From NCBI GenBank assembly GCA_000708835.1, contig DF237448.1, positions 3,990-67,989 of the forward strand: a stretch of 64,000 bases of DNA. Direction: 5' to 3'. Below, in pieces: positions 37,207 through 49,249 of this stretch. The position numbers and the translations under genes were made by a program. How positions within the stretch are numbered: the stretch's first letter is position 1; every line of letters begins with the position of its first letter. The notes under the pieces are model-generated. The model was not told the origin of the DNA and made no database searches. It saw only the letters and a program-made list of their open reading frames with translations. Origin of the DNA: Klebsormidium nitens (taxonomy: Eukaryota; Plantae; Klebsormidiophyceae).

Positions 37207-38713
37207 AAGCCCAGCATACGTCCGTTTCCGTAGTCATTAATGGGGCCTTGCATCAAGCGGGCGCTGAGTAGATGAGTGGGTGGGGCGCGCTCCATGTATC
37301 TTATGAGCTATTGATGACGTCAAATTTTCTTTGAGCGATCAGGGCGCATGCGGTTGTTAGTAACACGCGTGTCTTTGTTCGTGGTTTGCTTATATAAGCG
37401 AAGCTGTGCTGACATACATGTAAAGAAGTCAAGGTGTTGCAGACTAGAATGGAAGCATTGCATAAACATATACGTGTTCGAGATCATTGTAGGACGATTG
37501 TTCCTGGACTGAAGAGTTTGCACTTGATCCTTCGCCCAACACCAAGTGTTCGTCTGTAGTGCACCTCAAATTAGTACTGTAAATGTGTTAAGAATGCTCG
37601 TGTGTTTCATGTTCAACAATGGTTGTGCAATTCATTTGCAAGGAGGCACTATCATTACTTTTGAACTTGATGCTTGGGTTACATGCATTCCATTCTGAGG
37701 ATCGCACTCCAACACATGGTCTCTTCTCAAATACGCCGTAGCCAGTTCGGCCATAGGCTTCTCATGGCACCCAAATGTTGCCAAGATTGCCAGCCAACAT
37801 TATCTGCATACACCAACTTCTTCTTCAGGGCAATGCTGTTCTCTTTTACACGCCGTAGCCACTCATGGGCCATACTAATGATAGGCTTCTCATGAAGCAT
37901 AATATCCCCAAGACATTGACATCATCATTGGCATATGATCTCCCGTGGCCCGAGTCTGGACTCTGCTTTCAACGTACCGAGGCCCGACTCCCGCCGACCA
38001 TGCCGCGCTAAACCGGCATACCGTCCAGGATTTGAACCCAGACTTAGGGTAGCCTGGCCTGGTAGCCTGTAGGTTGAATTTGCGGGACTCAGAAAGAGTG
38101 AACCGTCACCCGGGCCCCGGGGCTGGGCCGGCGGCCGGCCCGGGTAGCGGGCGCAAGTCAACGTACGTCAGGCAACGTCACAGGGGGATCACTGTGACAG
38201 GTGGGGGATTCACATTGGTTCAATACATATCCTGACTCCTGATTCCTCATGCATGTGCCAGTCACCGTGCGGCGTGAGCTTGGCGGCATATAATACTTGG
38301 TGCACGGTTTGACCAGAATTTGGAACCGAGGTAAAGCACGCAGCATGTGAGTCGTGACGGTTGCAACTTGCCACTGCATGATGGTTCTAATCCTCAGTCT
38401 GCCCTGCTTTTGCAAGCTTCCTGTCTTTCAAAGTAGAATTCTGTGACCGCTGTCCGTGCCAGCTACAGTGCGCTCTGCACTGTTTCATGAGGAGGCGTAG
38501 TCCCTGTCAGTGTTTGAACGCCCATCCCCACTTCTTCGATAAGAACGTTCAAAATTTCTCCCAACTGCAAGACAGCTCCTGCTCACGGTAGTTTTGTACC
38601 GTAGCTGTCTGAATACTTGCTAGTTTCTCAAACACTAACACTGTTGTTTCTACAAGACTTAAGTCCAAGCGGTCACCTTACAGGAGAACTTTTGGTGTGG
38701 AAACGCAGCAACA

Positions 38714-41700
38714 ATGGCGCCAATCCAGCGCCTCATCTTCGCAACGCTCGGTCTGCTGTGCGTCTGTGCGCTTCCCGTGCTGAGTCAGCCGGGCTTTAAT
38801 CCCTACCCCGACTATTCCTGTCCCGCTGGTTACATTCCAATTGCCAGGTTCTCCCCACCAGAGAACGCCCCTGTTCCCTCAGTTTGCGACGAGGATAAGT
38901 GTTACAATGAAGCGGTGGGATGTGGGCCTGGTGAGTCTTGCTCCTAACCAAGGTTGGCTAACCATACTACGTAGTCTGTTGGAAGAGCATGTAAGTTATG
39001 CCTTAACAATGCTTTGGTTAGGTGTCATCTTCATCCTGAGTGTCTTCGTGCTGCATTGTAACCGCTCACAGTTGTCCTGGAGCGGTTTCCTGGCTATGTT
39101 TGGGTTGGGAGACAAAGAGCCTTGCCTCTTGAGCGCTTACATGGGGCGGAACCTTTTCCTTGGTCAAGCTCGTTGTAGATGCTTGCGCCACCTTGCATAA
39201 AAATGTTGGCTGAAATGTGACATTGGCTCCAATCTCCTGATCAAACAGTAGTGGAAGCAGGGTTCCATAGTGTGAGAAAGGAGCTGGAGGGGAAGAGTGG
39301 GGAGATCTTTGCTGAGCACACTTGCAGGATGGAAAGCGGAAAAAAGTTATAATAAATGAAAGGGCCAAAGGTTACACTTACGCCATTTGAGATGCTCATC
39401 AAGGAGATTCATCTGGAAAAAGCGTATCAGTATTTATACCCTGAAAGTATTATTTGAAGCCAAACAAGGGCAAAACAGATTTTATCAGGTTTTTGTCAAA
39501 GAGCCTTTGGCATCACATTCTACTCATATGACTTCTGTTCTGGCTGGGGGCTTTCACAGTTTTTATTCAAATGGCTCTCTCACATCTGCAGAATGTCCTG
39601 ATCATCGGATGCCAATGCTTCCGGCATTATAAGGGTTTGTGAAGTCATCGCCGGAAGGTTCAGCTCTGTTAAGACAAAAGAACAACTTTTTATCTCACCC
39701 TTGTTCTTATGGTTTCTCGGGTGTGCACCAAGAGACGCTGACACCAAGATTCTAAGCATGGATGCACCCATTGAGTACCGTCGACATTTCGGACTACGTT
39801 TCCTCATTTTCTTAGTTCCCTCCATCATTCTCAAGCTTCTTTTTTTCGTTCCTGTACAGGCAATGTGTGCACTCAGCGCCCCGTTGGTTCTGTCGGTGGT
39901 TACTTCTACGAACACGACTGCCAATGCAAACCCCCGTATGTGAAGGGAAATGTTGTGGGTTACAAAGGCCTCGGCACCCGGACCACTTGTTACATCCCAG
40001 GTAATGAGTCCTTCCCAAACAAAACCCTGCATTGCCGAATCAACCAAGCACTTGTAAAGTCCTGAAGATGCGTGAATCACGAAGTGTTGGCCAGTCCCTT
40101 CTGAAAGATTGTCTTTGTAATGCCAGGTGATCGCAGCCACCTAAGCACCCGGGGTCAAATTTTCTGTAATCCTTGTGAGAAATTCCGGAATTCCATTCTG
40201 AAAAGGAGCTTCAAAATACCGAGCTCACTTGTGGCACCTCCTTGTCCGTATGACCTCCAAAATCTTGAATGTTCACTCGTTTCTCTCTTCTTTGATTGCC
40301 CAACCTACATAACCCAATATGGGCTAACAGGCAGTGCCCCTTGCAATGTCCCCACTTTGGTTTTGAAAAGCACCTCACTTATGCAAGCATAGAGGAGGAG
40401 CACCCCGGATTCTTCATACTTCAGACTTAGACAGTAGGAACAAGCTGACAGTTTCCTGGATCCAGTTGGCACGTAAGAACATGCGTGCACTCCGTCCCTC
40501 AAATGGCCCCCTTCACGCTGCTTTGCTGCCCGCTCATTGCTAAGATCCTGAAGCTACAACGCCCTGGAACTCGAAACCCTGTACAAGCTTCCTTTTTTCA
40601 CCTGCCCGCGTCGTGGTTGAAGTGCCTCCACCCCTCTTCAAAACGGGACAGGGGCCACCTCCAGCAGCTTTTCCACCGGCACTTTGCCAAAGCTCTGAAT
40701 GCCCTAAGAATCCAAACCTTCTTCGAATTCACCAGAACTCGAGATGTGCAGACTGCCGACAAGTTTTCTTTCTCCGTCGCTTCCCGTTCGCTCCACCCCT
40801 TCCAAGGATGAGACATGTGCCACCTTCAGCAGCTTGCTCCTCGTACTTCAGTTGCTAAGATTCAAGACCCTAAAACTCAAACCATCAAACCCACAAGAAT
40901 CCTAAAAGCCCAACATCTTAGACTGCTGACAAGCTTCCTCTTTTCATTTGCCTCGGTCAGATTTCGTGCGCATCCAATCCTTGCCAGAAACGAAACACGT
41001 CCCATTTTCAGCAAGTTTGCACCCCGCACATTGCTGCGATCCTAAAGCCCAAAATGCCCTGAAATTCAAAGCCCCCTCTAAATCTATAAACCCAAAGTTC
41101 CTAAAAGCTCGAACTTGCAAAACTCTGATAAGCTTCCCTTCTTCACTCGCCCAGGTCAGGATCCGTGCGCTTCGAACCCGTGCCAGAACGGAGGCACGTG
41201 TCAGCAGATCCGGACGACCCTTAATATCCCGCCAAACTTTCCGGAAGACCCGAACGGTCCGATCATTGACTTCTTCTGCCAGTGCCCCCCGTTCTTCACC
41301 GGGAAAACGTGCTTGCTTCCCGAACCGTGAGTCTCTTCTCTTTCCGCCTTTCATTCCGGCTTCTCGTGAGATGTGGCTTTCCGAGATTGCGAGTTCTTTG
41401 ACTTTGTCTGTGCGCCCATGGAAGACCTGACGATGAAAGTGTTGGGTGCCTCGTAAGATTCGTGGAGCTTCTTTTTGGAGTTGTGCAGTGGGGTTCAATC
41501 AAAGCCGAAGCAGTTCTGTAGCGGACTGCAACAGAAGGGTTCTTTCCTGTGATCCGCTCTCTTCTTTCTTCTCCTTTAGATCCAGCATTGCACTGTCTTG
41601 CAAGTCCACAGGAAGTGGGGAACAACCATCCGCGGTCTGTAATTTGATTGATCAGTTCATGGTTGTTATTCAAGGTTCAAAGCGGTGCATAGTGGTCACA

Positions 41701-44700
41701 CAATTTTGCAACATAGAATTCCCCGTATAAAGCACCACTTAAGAGTTGAACTTGGAAGCATTTGGCGGCAACCGAGACACTCAACTGCGGGTTTCAGAAC
41801 TAACGAGAAGCTACCATAGATGACCTGGCTCAAGAAATCCAGAATTTTGAACGCAGAAGGAGTGTACCTGCCTGTACTAGGGCCGGTTGCGCGACTGGAA
41901 AGCCAAGAATTTCTCTCAAGAAACTGACTTTTCACATCGTCCTTTTTGCAGGAGCGGCAGCTTCCCGACTCCGGTGCTTAAGAATGGACCTCCGCCCAGC
42001 ACCCCCCCTTCGGGCCCTCAAGGTGAGCCTTATATTCCATTTGTTCTTTTTCATTTCTACATGATGAGCTTGCCGCAAAGGGTCCGTTTTCTGCGGAGTG
42101 AAGACATGTTGACTGCGATCAGTTTCTTTCTCCTAGTGGCAATCTAAGGAGTTGGATTGAAATCTGCCCACACTCACTGACATGGAGTACCGCTTCGAAC
42201 AGAAAGTATTGGGATTTTGTGAAATCACTGTCCGAAGATAAGTAGGGCCGCTGGTTTGTTGGAGTGACCCTTACAAAACGTGGCCTAGGAAAAAAGTGCT
42301 AGTCGAGCTAAGACCCTGTGGGAATCGGAATTCTCTTAACAAGACTGCAACCGCTCTTCGGGCTTTCACTTCCGGTGAGATCGGTTTTATGTGAAACTTC
42401 TCCCCCGTATCAGTCTCTTGTTTTTAAAGAAGCGTACGCAAAACGCTCAGCCTAATCCGAAGATCTTAAAGACGGATAGACCCGTCACCAAAAATCACAG
42501 CCGGGAGTCTCGGCAGAAACCAAGTATCCCCCAGAGCACAAAACGTTTTGCTGACGTCAAGACGGAACGATGATCAGAATCTTCACCGCTATGTTCGCAC
42601 TTCTGGAAACTTCTGTGGTCCTGAGCGACATTCCTAGACTTTACTACATTACGATGGGCTGGTCTCATTTTTGCTCGTTTTTCTTACCTTTCCGTTTTGT
42701 AACATAAAAATACTTCTGCAAACGGTTGAGATCAGGATGTCCTTTCACACGCTCTCAACGTCTTTCGCATTTGTTAGGTTCCGAGGCGGCGGAAACGTTT
42801 CACCCGCTGCTGACCGCAGAATGCGATGGCATATTTACACTTCTGAGTCCTTTCCTTTCTCTTTACCCCAACGAGAGACTTTTCGAAAGCAACAAAAGGT
42901 TGGGGCTTCGGGATCCGCATGCCTGTTTCAAATCCTTTGCAGAATGTTCGCGATTTCAAATCGGCAATCTGCTTAATTAGAGCGGCGCAACAACGGCCCT
43001 ATATATGGGCCACTTCCAGTTTCCTTCCGCTTCTTTTCTTTCTATCTCCTACCAGCAAACGACCCTGTGCAGCCCGGGCCAACCCACATTGTAGGTAACC
43101 TGTTCCGACGTTTTCCTCAGGTGTTTGCAGTTCCGTAGCGGCCGCATTCTCCTATCGCTGCTGGTTCAACAACGACCTCCAGGGGCGCCACTATTCTTAC
43201 TCCTGTTCTCAGTTTACATTTACAAGAAAGCCCGTCAAATCAGGTCCAACCTTGTGGGTTTTTAAATCACTTGACACTTCTTTGCCCAGGTGTTTGTGGG
43301 TCCGGAGACGCTTCCATTTTCCCCACCCGCTGTTGGTTCAAAATGACCTCCAGAAGCGCCTCGAAATCCCACCTCTCCCTTGTTCAGTCTGTTTTGTATC
43401 GAATTCCTTTTTCTTTGAGAAACAAAGCAAGCTTGACAACCTCTTTCTACATGTTTCCGGTGTTTGTGGGGTCGGAGATGCCTCCAGTTTCCCCACCCGC
43501 TGTTGGTTCAACAACGACCCCCAGGGGCGCTACGTCTGCTGCGACGGCCAGGGATGCGACGGCTTCAACCCCGATAATCTGACCCCCCACTGCAAAAACT
43601 TCGGCTTTGTGCCGCCCAACTTCGGCGCGGGGGGTTCGACTACGCCCCCGTCGAAACCCCCCACCGTTCCCCCCAGCGGTCCGCAAGGTGAGACCCGCCT
43701 CGGAAAAGGACACCGGAATTTTAACCCGATTTTTTTACGGTGGGTTTTTCATCGTAATCTTGATTCTTTGGTAGGAGGCCAAAGTTGACACTCATCTGGT
43801 ACCTTCGCAAACAAGGCGTAAGGAGCATCGCTCCTGGAAAGAACTTGAGTCTGAAATTTGTCGTTTTCGTTGACCAGTGAAAAGAGTCCTCTGAGCTTTT
43901 GAAGCCGTGTCTTCGGCATGATTCTCAAGTACTCTTCAGATGGGCCATGCTTTACGACCGTTGGTTTGTCCGTTGTTCTTGATTTTGCCAACTCTTGCAG
44001 AGGAGGTTTCTCAAGAGTCCTATCTTAGGAGACTTCTTCTGCAAGGGCCATCGGCAGGGCCATCAGCATAGGATTTGACGTGTCAAACGCGAATACCCTG
44101 TGTGTACGGAGTTTGGTTGAATATTTCGTTGCGCCCAATTGACTTGCACAATTACTGTATTTCGACGCACCAGCTTACTCCGGCCCAGCAAGCTCTAGTG
44201 TCTGCGGCTCTTACATTTTCCGCCCGTTGGAACTCCGACGACGATTCGCCAAAAAACAGAAACTTCGGGTCGAGCGGAGTCGCTTGCCAGCATGCTTTAA
44301 AGAGGAGCCCACTTCACATCCAGATACATAGTGTCAGCTCGAGATGAAACCCCGGGCAATCAACAAACTATCGACAGAGGCGCTACGTTTCTCCCTTCTT
44401 CTTGTCATGTTACTGTTCTCTATCGACAAGGATCTTCTTCCGAGCCGACCGGGGATGCGGGGCGCGTCTTTGTGATAAGACCATCCATCGGGCAAAGCAC
44501 TCGCCCAAGATCATGATTTTCGCTCCCGCCAAGCATCTTGGCGGGACATCTCCTAACTACCTCTTTCTACATGTTTTCCAGGTGTTTGTGGGTCCGGAGA
44601 CGCTTCCAGCTTCCCTACCCGCTGTTGGTTCAACAACGACCCCCAGGGGCGCTACGTCTGCTGCGACGGCCACGGATGCGACGGCTTCAACAGCGACAAT

Positions 44701-45437
44701 CTGACCCCCCACTGCAAAAACTTCGGCTTCGTGCCGCCCAACTTCGGCGCGGGGGGGTCGACTACGCCCCCGTCTGGTCCCCCCCCAAGTGGTTCGCAAG
44801 GTACAGCACAGAGCATCCTTCTCATGGGACACTTTACTGAGTTGTCCTCGAACTATAAGCGTTAACTGGCTTCATTTCCTCAATGGATCAGTTTGCAGCT
44901 TTTGTCGATCGCGATGGTCAGCTGGTCCCCCGCAAGTGGCGCTCTCGCTTTCAACATGACAGATTCGACGGCTGAGGTTGCGCCTCCCACAGAATCAACG
45001 GTCACCGGTTGCGCTCGTGCAGGCACAATAAGCGCAATGCCATTTTGAAGCTTCTAAGAGATTTCGACGGTGTCGAAGCAGAACAATTGGGCCGGGATTG
45101 TAATGCCGGGTTGCGGTGTCCGCTTTTAAGACCGTAGAAAGGTCGAGATTGGTGACTGGTCTTGAACAGGACTCCCTCCCTTTCGTACTAAGGCTCTTTT
45201 GTTTCTTTTCTTTGAATTCGTGAGAGCGATTGGTGCTGTTGTTGATTGACACGTGTCGACTTTACAGGCGCCTGCGGGGCCGGAGGCGCGGCGGATTTCC
45301 CAGTACGCTGCTGGTACAACAACGACCCGCAGGGCCGTTACGTCTGTTGCGACGGAGCCGGTTGCGACGGCTTCAACCCACCAGATAACTTTTTCCCTCG
45401 CTGCAAGAACAATGGTTTTGTCCCGCCGCAGCTCTAG
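38714..45437 (+). CDS. Secreted Cys/Pro-rich protein: signal peptide, EGF-like domain(s), Pro-rich linkers and 2-3 copies of an unrecognised 6-Cys module
   Basis: Exons 38714-38930, 39860-40000, 41155-41326, 41952-42022, (43460-43687, own acceptor AG missing), 44582-44800 and 45268-45437 join in phase. Signal peptide MAPIQRLIFATLGLLCVCALPVLS. Canonical EGF DPCASNPCQNGGTC...FFCQCPPFFTGKTC. No TM segment seen. Confidence 0.85.
40435..40995 (+). repeat. About four decayed echoes of the EGF exon acceptor plus 5' end
   Basis: Units start ACAAGCT/ACAAGTT at ~40440, 40583, 40758 and 40929. The nearest reads GACAAGCTTCCTCTTTTCATTTGCCTCGGTCAGATTTCGTGCGCATCCAATCCTTGCCAGAA, versus the real GATAAGCTTCCCTTCTTCACTCGCCCAG|GTCAGGATCCGTGCGCTTCGAACCCGTGCCAGAA. 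The outer copies are faint. Confidence 0.65.
43110..43370 (+). repeat. Two echoes of the 6-Cys-module exon acceptor plus 5' end
   Basis: cctcag|GTGTTTGCAGTTCC...CGCTGCTGGTTCAACAACGACCTCCAGGGGCGC (43121) and gcccag|GTGTTTGTGGGTCCGGAGACGCTTCC...CGCTGTTGGTTCAAAATGACC (43290, 1-nt deletion). Confidence 0.88.
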
Positions 45438-46299
45438 ATAAGGAGAGTAGCACCGGTAACCAAGCGTGGTTAGTCCCGGGTTAGAAGCGCTTGTAGCGTT
45501 CAGTAACGATTTTTGTCCGAGTAACGTGCTCCCGACCCCAAGCATGGTTAGAGCGGACTGAACAACTGAACCGGCCCTGCTTATCCCGCGGGTACGACAA
45601 TTTTGATAGTCTCATATGCTAAAGTCTAGGGTGGTCCCCTTGGATGAGCCCCGATCCAAGTGCTCGCTGAAGTTATGACAATTTCTTAAATTTCATTGCT
45701 TACAGGGCCATAAGCGCTAGCAGGACGCTTAGAGAGGTTGAGACGTTCTAGAGAGTCTAGGTGCACGTTGAAGCGAAATCACTTACTCATAATCTGACCT
45801 TTAATTTGTCGACGTTCAGTTTCATTCATCCTGGTCGTTAAGTTACACCATTCCAGGACGTCAGGTACTTACCGCAGCAACTAGGGCTGTACGATGCATA
45901 GCACTGCAATTAAGCGAATGATCCGGTAAGAGATACGTCGGTCCGGGAAGGGGCCTCCGGTAGCTAGCTGGGGCCCAGATCAATTTCATGACAACGTCCC
46001 ATCGAGAGACTACTACTTGTGTATGCATTGTTGCCGCGCATTCATTGGCAAGTCTGTCCAATTGCGCTCTACTCGTCATGCATGACTAGCTTCTCGAAGC
46101 AAAGATATTGAGAGGATTGATTGATCATTATTGAGGTTCCATGCATGCATGTTCTAGCATGCAACTAGGTCTGCTCCGACATGCTGTACACTGGTGTAAC
46201 GGTGGATAAATTTAGACCTCCTGAGCTTAAAACCTCATAGGCAAGCTAGGGGTTTGGGTCCGGACAAGTCATGTCCCCTATAGTTAGGGCATGGGCACT

Positions 46300-47420
46300 T
46301 TACGGTCGGGCCGGGCGCAACTCCTGAAGAATGAACCCTTGTTTTGAAGACGAGGGGCGGTAACTAAACTCAAGTTATTCCTCTTCGGATTGCCGAAAAG
46401 CCACACATAACACTTTTTGACCTGCATACTGTATGACACGACAAGCAAAAGGGCGACCGACGCGCGCTGTTCCATATGCCGCCAGCCTGAAGTTCAGCTC
46501 ACTGGCAGCTCGCCGGCGCGGACTGACTCAGATATGTGCACGTCAATAAGATATGTACCGGCTTCGACGTGACGATTTACAACAGTGTGCATGCGCAGTC
46601 AGTTTGTGGCGGGCGCCCTAATCTGACGGGATTCGTGGCGAACTTAGTTTGAATTGAATCATGAGCAAGAAACTAAACAGAGAAATGGCACACAGGCACA
46701 CAGTTGATTAATTGCGTACTGCCGCTCTTGCCGAGCCTCGGAGTCCGGCCATACTGCATGTGCCGCCCAGCAATAAGTAACCAATTTACGATACTCCAAT
46801 AAAGACAGGCCCGCCGCGCACTTGGTTAGCTAGCTAGATCGACTTCAAGCATATAATCCTGGCATGGCCGGTTGCCAGAGCTAGTCACGTACCGACGGAC
46901 GGTGCTGTCATGATCGAAGGTATGAATAACCGAAGACGTTTACTTGAATCTGACGTAGCGTGAGTCGACTTGTGGGCTCTCGACTTTCAATATGTCTGCG
47001 CATAAGTCCGAAAATTTCATCAATCGAACTTGAAGAACTTTATGCGCGACGGCACGAAATGGTCGTGCTGACCTTTACCACTCCTATCTATAGACTTCAA
47101 AACAGAGAAGCCGTAACCAACTTGGAAGTCACAACTTCGAGATCGCACAGAGGGCGAACCACCTTTTCGATTGCAGGCCAAAGGGTCCTATCCTGTTCCT
47201 TTCGCGAGCTGTAACGCGCACTTTGGGCCGCTTATGCACCCGCCTACAAGTCTATGTTCGAGACAATCTAAGATTGATCAAGAGCTCCCTGCTGATTCTC
47301 CGACTTATGGACCTAGTCCGTGGCGGCGCCGTGTTAGAGGATACAGAATACACAAACTGAGCTATCCAAGCGTTCATATTGACGGCCGCGCGGTACTAGG
47401 AAATACGACTGCCCTCCGCG
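46300..47420 (-). pseudogene. Stop-riddled continuation downstream of the 47.4-48.7 kb ORF; possible gag-like or TE remnant
   Basis: Protein-like stretches (RTLWPAIEKVVRPLCDLEVVTSKLVTASLF; IDEIFGLMRRHIES; FDHDSTVRRYV) are interrupted by many TAG/TAA/TGA codons. No RT, integrase or LTR was recognised. Confidence 0.25.
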
Positions 47421-47421
47421 T

Positions 47422-48738
47422 TCATGTCTGTCCGCGCATATGCTGAAGGGCTGTCGAGACCTGAGACGTGCCAGCCTGCACCTGTCTCGAAGTTTGCCCC
47501 GGTCGGTCTAAACCAAGGCCATGTGGATCCGTCTCCCCCCCTAACCGAGGCGCAGAAAAGGGGTGGGGATGCGGCTGGCTGGCCACATTCTGCGCGCCTT
47601 GCGAAGAGGCTTCCCCCATCGCCTGAGCATACTGCCAACTCTGGGAGCCCGGCGACTGTCCAGTCAGTTGACTAGCCCCAGCGGGCGCCGAAAAGGGGTT
47701 TGAGGGGTGAGCCAGGGGCGACCTCACGTGCAAAGAAGCCGGGTCGGAGGTCGCCGGGACACTCGCCCGTGGGGCTTCTCCGTACAAAGGGGGGGGACCT
47801 GGAGCGGAAAAGGACTGGCCCCCGGGGATCGACGGAGAATACGACGGCGCAGGCACGTGCCGAAGTAACGCCGGGGCGGGGGGTGGTCGCGCTGCGTAGG
47901 GGGGATTCTTCCACCGAGGCAGTGGACCCAAGGATCCGAGCATGAGAATGTTTAGGAGGGGGGCGGCGCGCTCGATCGTCCGTAGGAGTTCCCCCTGTCG
48001 GGGGAGCGTCATACCGGGCGGTTCGGGGGGGAACTGTCGAGGCGGAGCCGCTTGCGAGACGCTCGGTTGAGCGGGGGTGTGAAACGGGGGCGCCGTCCGG
48101 AACGGCGCCCGCGGGATCGGTTCCGACGGCTGTGACGCGGCGGCGGAGGGTTGGAAGGACGGACCGGGGGATTGGCGCGGGTTTGGAACCGACGGCGTGG
48201 CGGTAGAAACGCTTTCGGTGGCAACAGGGGGGAGCGAGAACGCCGTGGTTGGGAGGTTGGGCATGGGGGACGGTATTCGGTGCATTGGGGGCGGGAGCGT
48301 CGATCTCATTTGAGGGGGATCCCCCGAGGGGTCCTCCGACCGGGACGGTATCGTCGGGTGGGCGGTTTGGCTGCCCGAGGGGTACGTACCGACGGGGACC
48401 GCCCGTTGTTGTCGTATCTGCTCCAGTTGTTGCCGGACGTCGGCCAGCTGCTGCGCGATCTGGACCGTCGGATTGGGGCTCGGGAGGGGCGTCTCGAAGA
48501 GGAGCGTCGTCGAGGGCGAGGGCGGCTCGGCGTGCGCGCGTGCCCGCGCGCGCTCGCTTTCCCCGAGCGCCTTGATGCGCTCGTGTGCAGCGTCGCGCTC
48601 GGCGCGCGCAACGCGCAGCTGCTCCTCGAGCGTGTGCGCGCGCGCATCGTGGAGCTGCGACTGAGCGGCCGCGGCAGCGCGGGTGGCCTCGAGCTCGCGC
48701 ATGGCGAGGTCGAGGAGGCGGCGTGCCTCCTCCAGTTG
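47422..48738 (-). CDS. GC-rich ORF, N-terminal coiled coil followed by a long Pro/Ser/Ala-rich tract; function unknown (host exon or retroelement ORF1/gag-like)
   Basis: 426 aa from ATG 48702. The frame extends to the acceptor atatctgcag|CAACTGGAGGAG at 48738. An echo of this acceptor (cccttgcag|CAACTGAAGAAAGCAC) lies at 48984. Confidence 0.5.
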   Translation of the reverse strand, partial: QLEEARRLLDLAMRELEATRAAAAAQSQLHDARAHTLEEQLRVARAERDAAHERIKALGESERARARAHAEPPSPSTTLLFETPLPSPNPTVQIAQQLADVRQQLEQIRQQRAVPVGTYPSGSQTAHPTIPSRSEDPSGDPPQMRSTLPPPMHRIPSPMPNLPTTAFSLPPVATESVSTATPSVPNPRQSPGPSFQPSAAASQPSEPIPRAPFRTAPPFHTPAQPSVSQAAPPRQFPPEPPGMTLPRQGELLRTIERAAPLLNILMLGSLGPLPRWKNPPYAARPPPAPALLRHVPAPSYSPSIPGGQSFSAPGPPPLYGEAPRASVPATSDPASLHVRSPLAHPSNPFSAPAGASQLTGQSPGSQSWQYAQAMGEASSQGAQNVASQPHPHPFSAPRLGGETDPHGLGLDRPGQTSRQVQAGTSQVSTALQHMRGQT

Positions 48739-49249
48739 CTGCAGATATGGACCAGGAAATCAATTAAGAGTCATTGCAGAAAGAGAAACAAAACTTCAGA
48801 ATATGTCACTTGGGAGACCGAGGAGAGGAGTAAGAGTGACAGAAACCTTCACTCTTTGGTACATGCCCCAGGTTTCAATTCTCTGGAACCACAGCCACTT
48901 GTGGGATTGTTTGCAGCCTGGGTCTTGGTGCCGGAATAAGTTGAAGGAAATTTGAACTGATGCAAGAGGTGCTTTCTTCAGTTGCTGCAAGGGAGGAGGA
49001 TGGCGATTCTGAGCCGAATCCGTTCTCTGTGTCAACTTCGTGCTTGTTTGCAGTAGAGGACGAAGAAAGCGGACGTTTAGAGTCCCTCTAATCAAAGCGA
49101 GCAGGATAAAATAGAAAGTAAAGTAAAGTAGAGAAAGGGAAGGTGCCTTTGTCTTCTGGATTTCAGGACGCAATCGAGCAGACTAGAAAGAGAAGGCTTC
49201 TAAGGACGTTCTTGGTCTCGTTCTCTTTTTCCCTTGTTTCGGATAGAGA

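Noticed and set aside
38028-38038. Pol III B-box-like GGTTCAAATCC on the minus strand (possible tRNA or SINE)
   Set aside because: No A box and no cloverleaf could be folded.
42243-43001. hAT-like TAGGGCCG inverted ends
   Set aside because: Only 8-bp identity and no 8-bp TSD.
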